Shown here: in pieces, positions 1 to 9,090 of the stretch
Layout: every line of letters begins with the position of its first letter
Position numbering within the stretch: position 1 is the stretch's first letter
Source: Candidatus Omnitrophota bacterium
GTDB lineage: Bacteria > Omnitrophota > Omnitrophia > Omnitrophales > Aquincolibacteriaceae
Direction: 5' to 3'
DNA: 64,000 bases
Assembly (NCBI GenBank): GCA_903884815.1
Contig: CAISGE010000032.1
Coordinates: 5,978-69,977, forward strand
Notes under the pieces: generated by a model
Databases searched by the model: none
Told to the model about the DNA's origin: nothing
Seen by the model: the letters and a program-made list of their open reading frames with translations, nothing else
Made by a program: the position numbers and the translations under genes

Positions 1-1
1 T

Positions 2-64
2 GCGGAGTTTATCACGTGCGATCTCACGACGAAGTATGTCCTGATTAACGCGGCTTACTCCTAG
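2..64 (+). CDS. argJ: C-terminal end of ornithine acetyltransferase/N-acetylglutamate synthase ArgJ (partial, runs off window start)
   Basis: Frame 2 reads AEFITCDLTTKYVLINAAYS*, matching the ArgJ C-terminal TCDL..YV.INA.Y motif; stop lies 2 nt before argB. Confidence 0.85.
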   Translation, partial: AEFITCDLTTKYVLINAAYS

Positions 65-66
65 CC

Positions 67-921
67 ATGAAAGAATATATCGCGAAGGCCCAAGCCCTGG
101 TTGAAGCGCTTCCCTACATCCAGAAATTCCGAGGCAAAGAGATCCTCATCAAATACGGCGGCGCGGCTCTGACCTATCAGGAAGTCCGCGACATGGTGCT
201 TCAGGATATCGTGTTCATGAGTTGTGTCGGGATCCGGCCGATCCTGATCCACGGTGGCGGGAAGTTCATCACGGACGCCATGAAGAAAAAAGGCGTTCAG
301 AGCCAGTTTGTGAACGGTCTTCGCGTGACGGACAAGGCGACGATTGAGGTCGTGAATGAAACCCTGGCGGAACTGAACCGCAGCATCGTGAAGGACATTG
401 AACGCCTCGGCGGCTCCGCGGTCGGGCTTTCGGGCTATGATGCGGAGATCCTGAACGTGGTGAAGCACACGGACAATGGCGACGTAGGATTTGTCGGGGA
501 TGTGTCGTCGGTCAATACGGTGGCGCTCAAGGAACTCACGGAATTTGGCAGGATCCCGGTGATCTTCCCTGTCGGAAAAGGGCCGGACGGGGAAATGTAT
601 AACGTGAACGCGGACGAGGCGGCGGCGAATATCGCGGCGGCGATGCATGTCCCGAAGTTCATGGTGCTCACGAACGTCAAGGGCATTCTCCGGGATCCGG
701 CGAATGAAGAGACGCTGATCCCCTCGCTTCATGTGAGCGACACCCAGCAGTTGATCGATCAGAAGATCATTTCCGGGGGCATGATCCCCAAGGTGAAGGC
801 CTGCATCGACGCGCTTCAGGGCGGCGTCCAGAAGGCCCACATTATCGACGGCCGCATCACGCACGCCCTTTTGCTTGAAATTTTTACCGATCAGGGGATC
901 GGGACGGAAATCACGCTTTAA
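67..921 (+). CDS. argB: Acetylglutamate kinase
   Basis: IKYGGAA, HGGG, NGLRVTD, YNVNAD, GGMIPKV, LLLEIFTDQGIGT motifs. Confidence 0.97.
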   Translation: MKEYIAKAQALVEALPYIQKFRGKEILIKYGGAALTYQEVRDMVLQDIVFMSCVGIRPILIHGGGKFITDAMKKKGVQSQFVNGLRVTDKATIEVVNETLAELNRSIVKDIERLGGSAVGLSGYDAEILNVVKHTDNGDVGFVGDVSSVNTVALKELTEFGRIPVIFPVGKGPDGEMYNVNADEAAANIAAAMHVPKFMVLTNVKGILRDPANEETLIPSLHVSDTQQLIDQKIISGGMIPKVKACIDALQGGVQKAHIIDGRITHALLLEIFTDQGIGTEITL

Positions 922-923
922 GA

Positions 924-958
924 AAACGGGAAACGTTCACCGGGGAACGGCGAACGCT
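924..958. repeat. Heptamer tandem array, AACG family (single arm)
   Basis: aaacggg aaacgtt caccggg gaacggc gaacgct between argB and argD. Confidence 0.55.
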
Positions 959-969
959 TGCGAAATTCT

Positions 970-2193
970 ATGAAAACCACAGACGTTCAAAAAATCTATA
1001 GCGAATTCGTGCTTCCGACTTACGCGGGGCAACTGCCGATCTGCCTCGTGAAGGGGAAGGGCTCGCGCGTTTGGGACCTTCAGGGGAAAGAGTATCTGGA
1101 TTTTTTCCCGGGTTGGGCGGTCTCCGGGATAGGACACTGCCATCCGATGGTCGTGAACGCGATCCGGGCGCAGGCGGGGAAGATCCTCCACGTCGCGAAC
1201 AATTTTTTGAATGTGAAGCAGGCGGAGCTCGCGAAGACGATCTCCGAGGCGTCGTTCCCCGCGCGGGTGTTCTTCTGCAACAGTGGCGCGGAAGCGAACG
1301 AAGGGGCCATCAAGTTCGCCAAAAAGTACGGGAGCGACACGGGGCGCTTCGAGATCATCACCATGAAGAATTCCTTTCATGGGAGGACGCTCGCGGCGAT
1401 GACCGCGACCGGGCAGGAAAAATTCCATCAAGGCTTTCAGCCGCTCATGGAGAAGTTCCGTTACGCAGATTTCAATGATCTGGAGTCCGTCAAAAAACTG
1501 GTGAACGATAAAACAGTGGCCATCATGCTTGAGCCGATCCAGGGCGAGGGCGGGGTTAACGTGGCGAGCCGGGATTTCCTTCAAGGTCTCCGGAAGCTTT
1601 GTGACGAAAAAGATATGCTTCTGATCCTGGATGAGGTGCAAACCGCCATGGGCCGCACCGGAAAGATGTTCGGATACCAGCATTACGATCTTGAGCCGGA
1701 TATCATGACGCTTGCGAAGACCTTGGGGGGCGGGGCTCCGATCGGGGCTTTTGTCATCAATCGGCGCATCAAAAAAGAAGTGCTCATCGCGGGTATGCAC
1801 GGATCGACCTACGGCGGGAACCCGCTGGTGTGCGCGGCAAGCCTTGCGGTTTTTAAGGCGATCAAAAAAGAAAAACTGATCACGAACACGGTCCGGATGG
1901 GAGAACTCCTGGAGCAGGAAATAGAGAAGCTTAAGGCGAAGTATCCCGTGATCGAAAGTACCCGGGGTTTGGGACTTATGCGGGGACTGAAACTCTGCGA
2001 GCCTGCAGCCCCTTATGCCGCTGAAGCACGGGAGCAGGGGCTGTTGATTAACGCGACGCAAGGGGACATTGTGCGGATCATGCCGCCCCTGACCGTTTCG
2101 TCCAAGGAAATACATCTCGCGATGAAGATTCTGGATAACGTCTTTATGAAACTTTCAAAGAAAAGTGAAGGTTGCGCATGTTCCAATCACTGA
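970..2193 (+). CDS. argD: Acetylornithine aminotransferase (class III PLP)
   Basis: FCNSGAEANE, FHGRT, EPIQGEGG, DEVQT, TLAKTLGGG, HGSTYGGNP; ATG at 970 preferred over TTG 958. Confidence 0.95.
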   Translation: MKTTDVQKIYSEFVLPTYAGQLPICLVKGKGSRVWDLQGKEYLDFFPGWAVSGIGHCHPMVVNAIRAQAGKILHVANNFLNVKQAELAKTISEASFPARVFFCNSGAEANEGAIKFAKKYGSDTGRFEIITMKNSFHGRTLAAMTATGQEKFHQGFQPLMEKFRYADFNDLESVKKLVNDKTVAIMLEPIQGEGGVNVASRDFLQGLRKLCDEKDMLLILDEVQTAMGRTGKMFGYQHYDLEPDIMTLAKTLGGGAPIGAFVINRRIKKEVLIAGMHGSTYGGNPLVCAASLAVFKAIKKEKLITNTVRMGELLEQEIEKLKAKYPVIESTRGLGLMRGLKLCEPAAPYAAEAREQGLLINATQGDIVRIMPPLTVSSKEIHLAMKILDNVFMKLSKKSEGCACSNH

Positions 2194-3107
2194 TCTCGAT
2201 CAACGACCTGAGCTCCGAAGAAATACGCAAGATCATGGAGCTCGCGGCCAAGGTCAAGGCTCGGCCGCAGGAAGTCCGGGACGCTCTCGAAGGCCACATC
2301 TTCGGTTTTATTTTTGAGAAGCCGTCGACGCGGACCTGGGTGTCGTTCCAGGCCGGCATCTATTCCATGGGCGGCGGCGCGATCTATCTGGGCCCCGAGG
2401 ACATCAAACTCGGCGTCCGCGAAGAAGTCCGGGATGTGGCGCGTGTGCTTTCGCGTTATTTGTCCGGCGTCGTCATGCGTACCTTTTCACATTGGACCAT
2501 CACCGAATTCCAGGATTATTTTGAGAAGCCTGTCATCAACGGCCTGAGCGATCTCGAGCACCCCTGCCAGGCGCTGGCCGATTACATGACGCTTTATGAA
2601 AAGATTCCGGCCGAGAAAAATCCGGTGCTCGCGTTCGTGGGCGACGGGAACAATGTGCTCCATTCGTTGCTTTTGGTGGCGGCAAAGCTCGGTGCTACGA
2701 TCCGTTACGCGACGCCCAAGAAATACCAGCCCAAGCCAAAGCTCCTTGCTTTGGCCCGGCAGATCGCCAAAAAGACCGGAGCCGTGATCGAGGGGTTCCT
2801 CGATCCCGCTGAAGCGGTGAAAGATGCTGATGCGGTCTATACCGATGTTTGGGTGAGCATGGGCGAAGAAGCGATGCGGCAGAAAAAGCTCAAGGATTTC
2901 AGAGGTATGCAGATCAACAAAGAGCTGCTGAAGCACGCGAAGAAAGACGCGCTGGTGATGCACTGCCTGCCGGCGCATCGTGGCGAAGAGATCACCAATG
3001 ATGTGATGGAAAGCAAAAATTGCGTGGTCTTCGATGAAGCGGAGAACCGCCTCCATATTCAGAAGGCTATTTTACTTTATCTTTTTAACCCGGGAGCGAT
3101 CCAATGA
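2178..3107 (+). CDS. argF: Ornithine carbamoyltransferase
   Basis: KPSTRT, HPCQ, DVWVSMG, HCLPAHRG, EAENRLH motifs. Confidence 0.97.
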   Translation: MFQSLISINDLSSEEIRKIMELAAKVKARPQEVRDALEGHIFGFIFEKPSTRTWVSFQAGIYSMGGGAIYLGPEDIKLGVREEVRDVARVLSRYLSGVVMRTFSHWTITEFQDYFEKPVINGLSDLEHPCQALADYMTLYEKIPAEKNPVLAFVGDGNNVLHSLLLVAAKLGATIRYATPKKYQPKPKLLALARQIAKKTGAVIEGFLDPAEAVKDADAVYTDVWVSMGEEAMRQKKLKDFRGMQINKELLKHAKKDALVMHCLPAHRGEEITNDVMESKNCVVFDEAENRLHIQKAILLYLFNPGAIQ

Positions 3108-4294
3108 AGAAAGTCGTACTAGCATATTCTGGAGGTCTTGATACCTCTTGCGCGGTGAAATGGCTCGGCGAACAGCACGAGCTGGACGTGGTCTGTTTCT
3201 GCGCTTTTATCGGGGAAGTGAAAGAGAAAGCCCCGCTCATCAAGAGGGCCAAGGCTGCGGGAGCGATCAAGACCTATATCGTGGATCTCAAGGCGGAATT
3301 TGCTCGGGACTATATTATGCCGGCGCTCTGGGCGCACGCGCGTTACGAAGGCAAGTACCCTCTCGCGACGGCGCTCGGACGGCCCATGATCGCGAAGCAT
3401 CTCGTGGATGTCGCCCACAAGGAAGGTGCCGAGTTCGTGGCGCACGGCTGCACGGGGAAGGGGAATGACCAGGTGCGTCTCGAGGTCGGGGTGCGGACGC
3501 TCGACGCGGATCTGAAGATCATCGCGCCTCTCAGGGACTGGGAATTCAAGACGCGCGAAGAAGAGATCGAATACGCCAAAGACCGGAACATCCCGATCGA
3601 TGTGACGAAGAAGAGCATTTATTCCATCGATAAGAACATCTGGGGCATCGCGATCGAAGCGGGGATCCTGGAAGATCCTATGGTCGAGCCGCCGGAGAAC
3701 GCGTACGTGATGACCTGTGCCCCAGGGAAAGCTCCGAAGAAGCCGCGCTATATCGATATCCAATTTGTGAACGGTGTTCCCGTAAGCTTGAACGGAACGC
3801 GCATGCCGTTTGTGGCACTGATCGAAAAATTGAATCTGGTCGCGGGCGAGTACGGCGTTGGTCGTTTTGACATGATCGAGAATCGCCTTGTGGGGATCAA
3901 GAGCCGCGAGGTTTATGAAGCCCCGGCCGCGGATGTGCTGATCAAGGCGCACGAAGAACTCGAAGGGTTCGTGATGGACCGGGAATTTATCCACTACAAG
4001 AGACTTCTGTCCGAGAAATACGCGGAGCTTGCGTATTTCGGGCTTTGGTTCACGCCGCTTAAGAACGCCCTCGACGCGTTCTTCGCCTCGAACCAGTCCC
4101 GCGTGACCGGCAAGGTCCGGTTCAAGCTGGACCGGGGCCACGCGATCTGCGTGGGAAGGGAATCGAAGTTCGCTCTCTATAAAGAAAAACTCGCCACGTA
4201 TTCCAAAGGCGATCTGTTCGACCGGAAAGCCGCGACGGGGTTCATGAAGCTCTGGGGACTGCCGTACGAGGGAATGTATAAGCGTCAGGCGTAA
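3104..4294 (+). CDS. argG: Argininosuccinate synthase
   Basis: AYSGGLDTS, HGCTGKGNDQVR, ENRLVGIKSREVYEAP. Confidence 0.98.
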   Translation: MKKVVLAYSGGLDTSCAVKWLGEQHELDVVCFCAFIGEVKEKAPLIKRAKAAGAIKTYIVDLKAEFARDYIMPALWAHARYEGKYPLATALGRPMIAKHLVDVAHKEGAEFVAHGCTGKGNDQVRLEVGVRTLDADLKIIAPLRDWEFKTREEEIEYAKDRNIPIDVTKKSIYSIDKNIWGIAIEAGILEDPMVEPPENAYVMTCAPGKAPKKPRYIDIQFVNGVPVSLNGTRMPFVALIEKLNLVAGEYGVGRFDMIENRLVGIKSREVYEAPAADVLIKAHEELEGFVMDREFIHYKRLLSEKYAELAYFGLWFTPLKNALDAFFASNQSRVTGKVRFKLDRGHAICVGRESKFALYKEKLATYSKGDLFDRKAATGFMKLWGLPYEGMYKRQA

Positions 4295-4356
4295 AGCGTA
4301 CGGAGTACGGCGAAATGATTTTGCGTTACGCCGCACGCCTTACACCGTACGCCGTG
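4282..4356. repeat. Heptamer-built inverted repeat, GTACG family copy A
   Basis: gcgtcag gcgtaaa gcgtacg gagtacg gcgaaa ... ttacgcc gcacgcc ttacacc gtacgcc. Confidence 0.78.
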
Positions 4357-4371
4357 CGAACATGAGGTGAC

Positions 4372-5751
4372 ATGATGGCCAAACAAATGTGGGGCGGTCG
4401 TTTCAAAAAGGAAATGCATCCGGCGCTCAAGTGTTTCAGTTATTCGCTGGAGACGGACAAGGAGCTTTTTGACGCGGAGATACGCGTGAACGAAGCTTAC
4501 GCCAAAATGCTTGGGCGGGTCGGTCTCATCACGGTTGCGGAATCGAAGTCGATCCTGACGGGACTCAAGGCGGTGGCAAAGGCTTTCCAAGACCAGGATC
4601 TTGCCACCTATGCTGACCGGTATGAAGACGTCCACACGCTGATCCAGATGGAGCTTGAGAAGAAAGCCGGCGCGGTGGCCAAGAAGATCCACACCGGCCG
4701 GAGCCGGAATGATCTTGTGATCACCTCGACCCGCATCTATCTCCGGGAGAAGATCGCGGTGATCTGGCATGAGGTCAAAGTTCTTCAAAAAGCATTGGTG
4801 AACGCGGCGGAAAAAGCCGGGGATATTCTTATCCCCGGGATGACGCATCTCCGCAAGGCTCAGCCAGTGTTGCTCGCCCATCATTTGCTGGCGTATGTTG
4901 AAATGCTCGCGGAAGACAACGCTCGACTTGCGGATTCCATGAAGCGCGTGAATATCCTGCCGCTCGGTTCCGCGGCGCTCGCGGGTTCCGCCTTGCCGCT
5001 CAATCAGAAATTCCTCGCCAAGGAGCTTGGCTTTTCCGGGATCGCGAAAAATAGTATGGCCGCGGTAAGCGACCGGGGCTCGCTCGCGGAGTTCCTGAGC
5101 GTCCTTTCCATTCTTTGGGCGCATCTTTCCCGGCTCTCGGAGGATTTTATTCTTTGGAATTCCGAAGCGTTCGGGTATGTGGAGCTCGATGACGCGTTCG
5201 CGACCGGCTCCAGCCTGATGCCGCAGAAGAAAAATCCCGATGTGTTCGAGCTCGTGCGCGGCCGGGCCGGCGTGATCTTCGGGTATCTTCAGGCGATCCT
5301 AACGGTGCAAAAGGGCCTGCCTCTTTCCTACAACCGCGACCTTCAGGAAGACAAACCCGGCGTGTTCGACGCCGTGAAGAAAACCGCGACGGCGCTTGAG
5401 CTTTTGGCGCTTGCCGTGGGTTCTGCGACCTGGCACAAAAAAGCGATCCTCCGTTCTCTGGATGACGACAGCCTTTTCGCGACGGATATTCTGGAATATC
5501 TCGTGCGGAAAAAAGTCCCGTTCAGTGAAGCCCATCAGCTTGTGGGCGCGACCGTCCGGAGCGCGATCGAGTCCGAAAAAAGGCTCCGGGAATGGACGGT
5601 CCAGGAATGGCAGAAGTTCTCGCCCAAGTTTGGTGCGGACATTCACGATCTTTTTGATGCCAAGGAGTCCGTCCGGGGTAAGAAAACGATCGGGAGCACG
5701 CATCCCGCCCGGGTGAAGCAGTCGATCGCCGAGTGGAAGAAGGTTTTGTAG
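4372..5751 (+). CDS. argH: Argininosuccinate lyase
   Basis: MWGGRF, HTGRSRND, GSSLMPQKKNPD, YNRDLQEDK. Confidence 0.98.
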   Translation: MMAKQMWGGRFKKEMHPALKCFSYSLETDKELFDAEIRVNEAYAKMLGRVGLITVAESKSILTGLKAVAKAFQDQDLATYADRYEDVHTLIQMELEKKAGAVAKKIHTGRSRNDLVITSTRIYLREKIAVIWHEVKVLQKALVNAAEKAGDILIPGMTHLRKAQPVLLAHHLLAYVEMLAEDNARLADSMKRVNILPLGSAALAGSALPLNQKFLAKELGFSGIAKNSMAAVSDRGSLAEFLSVLSILWAHLSRLSEDFILWNSEAFGYVELDDAFATGSSLMPQKKNPDVFELVRGRAGVIFGYLQAILTVQKGLPLSYNRDLQEDKPGVFDAVKKTATALELLALAVGSATWHKKAILRSLDDDSLFATDILEYLVRKKVPFSEAHQLVGATVRSAIESEKRLREWTVQEWQKFSPKFGADIHDLFDAKESVRGKKTIGSTHPARVKQSIAEWKKVL

Positions 5752-5867
5752 AAAGCGGAGACGCTCATTTTTTTGAGAGAAATGATTGTCCCAGTGGCTA
5801 ACGGACTGTAATGACGTTAAATGAGTGAGGTGCTGAGATGCCAAGGACTGATTTCCACGAAGAAAAA

Positions 5868-7115
5868 ATGCATGATTTTTATTTCAAAAAAGGTGAGCTT
5901 TACTGCGAAGGAATACGCGTTAGCAAGATCTTGAGGAAAACCGGAACGCCCGCCTATATTTATAGCCACAAAACCTTCACCGAACATCTCGCCAAGCTTC
6001 AAAAGGCTTTCCGCGCTGCCAAACCGCTTATCTGTTATTCCGTGAAGGCGAATTCCAGCCTTGCGGTCCTTCGCGCTCTGGTCAAAAAAGGTGCGGGTCT
6101 CGACATCGTCTCCGGCGGCGAGCTCTTTCGCGCCCGGAAAGTGAAATGCCTCGGAAAAAAAATAGTCTATGCCGGGGTCGGGAAGACCGCTCAGGAGATC
6201 CGGGATGCGATCAAAGCCAGGATCCTTCTTTTTAATGTGGAATCCATTCCGGAACTCGAGCAGATCAATGCGATCGCCGGGAAGATGCGCAAGAAAGTGA
6301 ATGTGTCGCTCCGGATCAATCCCAATGTGGACCCGCACACGCATGAATACATTACAACGGGGAAAGCCGAGACGAAGTTCGGTATCGATTTCGAGAAGGC
6401 TCGCGAGATCTTTATGGACGCGAAGCGGTTTTCGAACGCGCTTGTCTGCGGGGTGCATGTGCATATCGGGTCCCAGATCGAGAGCGGAGATCCTTTTGTC
6501 GAGGCGTTCGGGAAGATCCTGGAGTTTATCGACGAGCTTGAAGCCGGCGGGATCAAGATCAAATTCCTGAACCTGGGCGGTGGCCTTGGGGCGATCTATG
6601 GTGACGAAAATCCTCAGACCGCGGAGGAATTCGCCAAGAAAATTCTCCCCATCTTCCGGAAAAGGAAATTCCAGCTGATCTTCGAGCCCGGCCGCTTTAT
6701 CGCGGCCAATAGCGGGATCCTCGCGACCCGGGTGATCTATGTGAAAGAGACGGATGTGAAAAAGTTCGCGATCGTGGATGCCGGTATGAACGATTTTATC
6801 CGTCCGGCTTTCTACGGGGCCTTCCACCATATTTGGCCGGTCGTGAAAAACGCGAGTGCCCAGTCCTGGGTCTACGATGTGGTGGGGCCGATCTGTGAGA
6901 GCGGGGATTTCTTTGCCAAGGACCGGGAACTGCCGGAGATGAAGGCGGGCGATCCGCTTGCCATCATGACGACCGGGGCCTATGGCTTCACCATGGCCTC
7001 GAATTACAATTCCCGTCCCCGCGCCTGCGAAGTCATGGTAAAGGGCGGAACCTTCAAAGTCATCCGCAAGCGTGAGACCTACCAGGACCTTGTTCGGGGC
7101 GAAAAGACCGCTTAG
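5868..7115 (+). CDS. lysA: Diaminopimelate decarboxylase
   Basis: YSVKAN (PLP Lys), HIGSQ, EPGR, GPICESGD, GAYGFTMASNYNSRPR; ATG 5868 preferred (ORF extends to 5838). Confidence 0.96.
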   Translation: MHDFYFKKGELYCEGIRVSKILRKTGTPAYIYSHKTFTEHLAKLQKAFRAAKPLICYSVKANSSLAVLRALVKKGAGLDIVSGGELFRARKVKCLGKKIVYAGVGKTAQEIRDAIKARILLFNVESIPELEQINAIAGKMRKKVNVSLRINPNVDPHTHEYITTGKAETKFGIDFEKAREIFMDAKRFSNALVCGVHVHIGSQIESGDPFVEAFGKILEFIDELEAGGIKIKFLNLGGGLGAIYGDENPQTAEEFAKKILPIFRKRKFQLIFEPGRFIAANSGILATRVIYVKETDVKKFAIVDAGMNDFIRPAFYGAFHHIWPVVKNASAQSWVYDVVGPICESGDFFAKDRELPEMKAGDPLAIMTTGAYGFTMASNYNSRPRACEVMVKGGTFKVIRKRETYQDLVRGEKTA

Positions 7116-7194
7116 GCGTGCGGCTCCTTTTGCGTGAGAGAACAGAAAACGATCGGATGGACCGGATCTTAAATTTCCGACAAAGGAGATCAAA

Positions 7195-7971
7195 ATGAAA
7201 GTTGTGATCTTGGCAGGGGGCATGGGCTCCCGTTTAAGCGAAGAGACAGATCTGAAACCGAAGCCGATGCTGGAAATTGGCGGGAAGCCGATCCTCTGGC
7301 ATATTATGAAGCTTTATTCCCACCATGGCTTCCATGAATTCGTTGTCCTTTTGGGGTACAAGGGCCATCTCATCAAAGAATACTTCGCGAATTTTTTTCT
7401 GCATCAATCTGATATCACCATCGATGTCTTGCACAACAAGATCGAATACCATAAAGGCGCGTCCGAGCCCTGGAAGATCACACTGTTGGACACGGGTCTT
7501 GATGCGATGACGGGGTCCCGGATCAAGAAAGCCCAAAGTCATATCGGGGAGGCTCCTTTTATGCTGACCTATGGGGACGGTGTCGCGGACATTAACATCC
7601 CGGAACTTTTAAATTTTCACAAGACGCACAAGAAAGCGATCACCGTCACGGCCGTGAGGCCCGAGGGCCGGTTCGGGTCGCTTAAGATCGCCCAGGGCGG
7701 TCAAGTGGTTCAGTTCCGCGAGAAGGTCGAAGGCGACGAGGGTTGGATCAACGGAGGATTTTTCGTCTGTGAACCCGAGGTTTTTGCGGCGATCGGGGAA
7801 GGCGAGTCTGTTCTCTTCGAAGGGGCGCCCGTGGAAACACTGGTTCGGGAGAAGAAGCTGGTGGCTTACAAGCATCACGGCTTTTGGCGCGGCATCGACA
7901 CGCTTCGCGACAAGAATTATCTAAACGATCTTTGGAGCAAGGACCAGGCGGCATGGAAGGTATGGAAATAG
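7195..7971 (+). CDS. rfbF: Glucose-1-phosphate cytidylyltransferase
   Basis: LAGGMGSRLSEET, KPKPM, LTYGDG, WINGGFF, DTLRDK; GGAG RBS. Confidence 0.95.
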   Translation: MKVVILAGGMGSRLSEETDLKPKPMLEIGGKPILWHIMKLYSHHGFHEFVVLLGYKGHLIKEYFANFFLHQSDITIDVLHNKIEYHKGASEPWKITLLDTGLDAMTGSRIKKAQSHIGEAPFMLTYGDGVADINIPELLNFHKTHKKAITVTAVRPEGRFGSLKIAQGGQVVQFREKVEGDEGWINGGFFVCEPEVFAAIGEGESVLFEGAPVETLVREKKLVAYKHHGFWRGIDTLRDKNYLNDLWSKDQAAWKVWK

Positions 7972-9062
7972 AGCGGTTGTTCGGAGGCATTTACAAGGGC
8001 CGGACGGTCCTGATCACGGGCCACACGGGATTCAAGGGATCCTGGCTAGCCTTGTGGCTTCAGCAGTTGGGGGCCCGGGTGGTCGGCTATTCGCTGCGTC
8101 CTCCTACGGTTCCGAGCCATAGCGATTTGTTGCGTCTCCCCATTGTTTCGATCACGGGCGATATTCGCGATCGGGAAAAGCTGGAGAAGGTCTTTCTGAA
8201 GTACCAACCCTCGATCGTCTTCCATCTCGCTGCGCAGGCGCTGGTCCTTTATTCCTACAGAAATCCGCGGGAAACTTTCGAGACGAATGTCCTGGGCACC
8301 GTGAATGTGTTTGAAGCGGCGCGTAAGACAAAAAGCATCCGGGCGATCGTGAATGTTACGAGTGACAAATGTTATGAAAACGCGGACCGGATCCCGGCCT
8401 ATCGCGAAGAGGACCGGCTCGGAGGCTACGATCCGTACAGCGCTTCGAAGGCGTGTTCTGAGATCGTGACCTTTGCGTATGCGCACTCTTTTTTTCAAGG
8501 TTGTTCGAAAAAACCGGCAAGCCGTCTCTTGCTCGCGAGTGCCCGGGCAGGAAATGTTTTGGGCGGGGGGGATTGGGCGGAGGATCGGCTTATTCCGGAT
8601 GTGATGCGCGCCGTTAGCCGGAAGCGGAGCGTGCCGATACGTCATTTTAAGGCGACCCGGCCGTGGCAACATGTCCTTGAGCCTCTTTCGGGTTACCTGC
8701 AACTCGGACAAAGATTACTGGACGGGGAGAGGCGTTACGCCGAAGCCTGGAATTTCGGGCCTTCCGATAAGAAAATCTTCCGGGTGGGGGAGGTCCTCGC
8801 TCTTTTGAAAAAGGAATGGCCGGCAATCGCTTATCATCTTGTTACGGACCGCGTTTATCCGGAGGCGAAGATGCTCCATTTGAATTGTTCCAAGGCTCAC
8901 GCGCGGCTCAAATGGCGGCCGGTGTGGGGGATCAAGCGTTGCCTTCAGAAGACCGCGGCTTGGTATCAACATTACTACACGGCGGGCAAGTTGAACAGCT
9001 ACCGCGATCTGAGCGATTATATCCAAGATGCCGGTAAGAAGAAGCTCGCGTGGACGCGATGA
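7962..9062 (+). CDS. rfbG: CDP-glucose 4,6-dehydratase
   Basis: TGHTGFKGSWL, TSDKCY, DPYSASK, RAGNVLGGGDWA, RPWQHVLEPL; ATG 7962 overlaps rfbF end. Confidence 0.95.
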   Translation: MEIERLFGGIYKGRTVLITGHTGFKGSWLALWLQQLGARVVGYSLRPPTVPSHSDLLRLPIVSITGDIRDREKLEKVFLKYQPSIVFHLAAQALVLYSYRNPRETFETNVLGTVNVFEAARKTKSIRAIVNVTSDKCYENADRIPAYREEDRLGGYDPYSASKACSEIVTFAYAHSFFQGCSKKPASRLLLASARAGNVLGGGDWAEDRLIPDVMRAVSRKRSVPIRHFKATRPWQHVLEPLSGYLQLGQRLLDGERRYAEAWNFGPSDKKIFRVGEVLALLKKEWPAIAYHLVTDRVYPEAKMLHLNCSKAHARLKWRPVWGIKRCLQKTAAWYQHYYTAGKLNSYRDLSDYIQDAGKKKLAWTR

Positions 9063-9090
9063 AAAACAGTCAGTGCGGGGCAAGGCGAGT

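Noticed and set aside
5752-5867. Possible lysine riboswitch before lysA
   Set aside because: Spacer too short and lacks the L-box consensus
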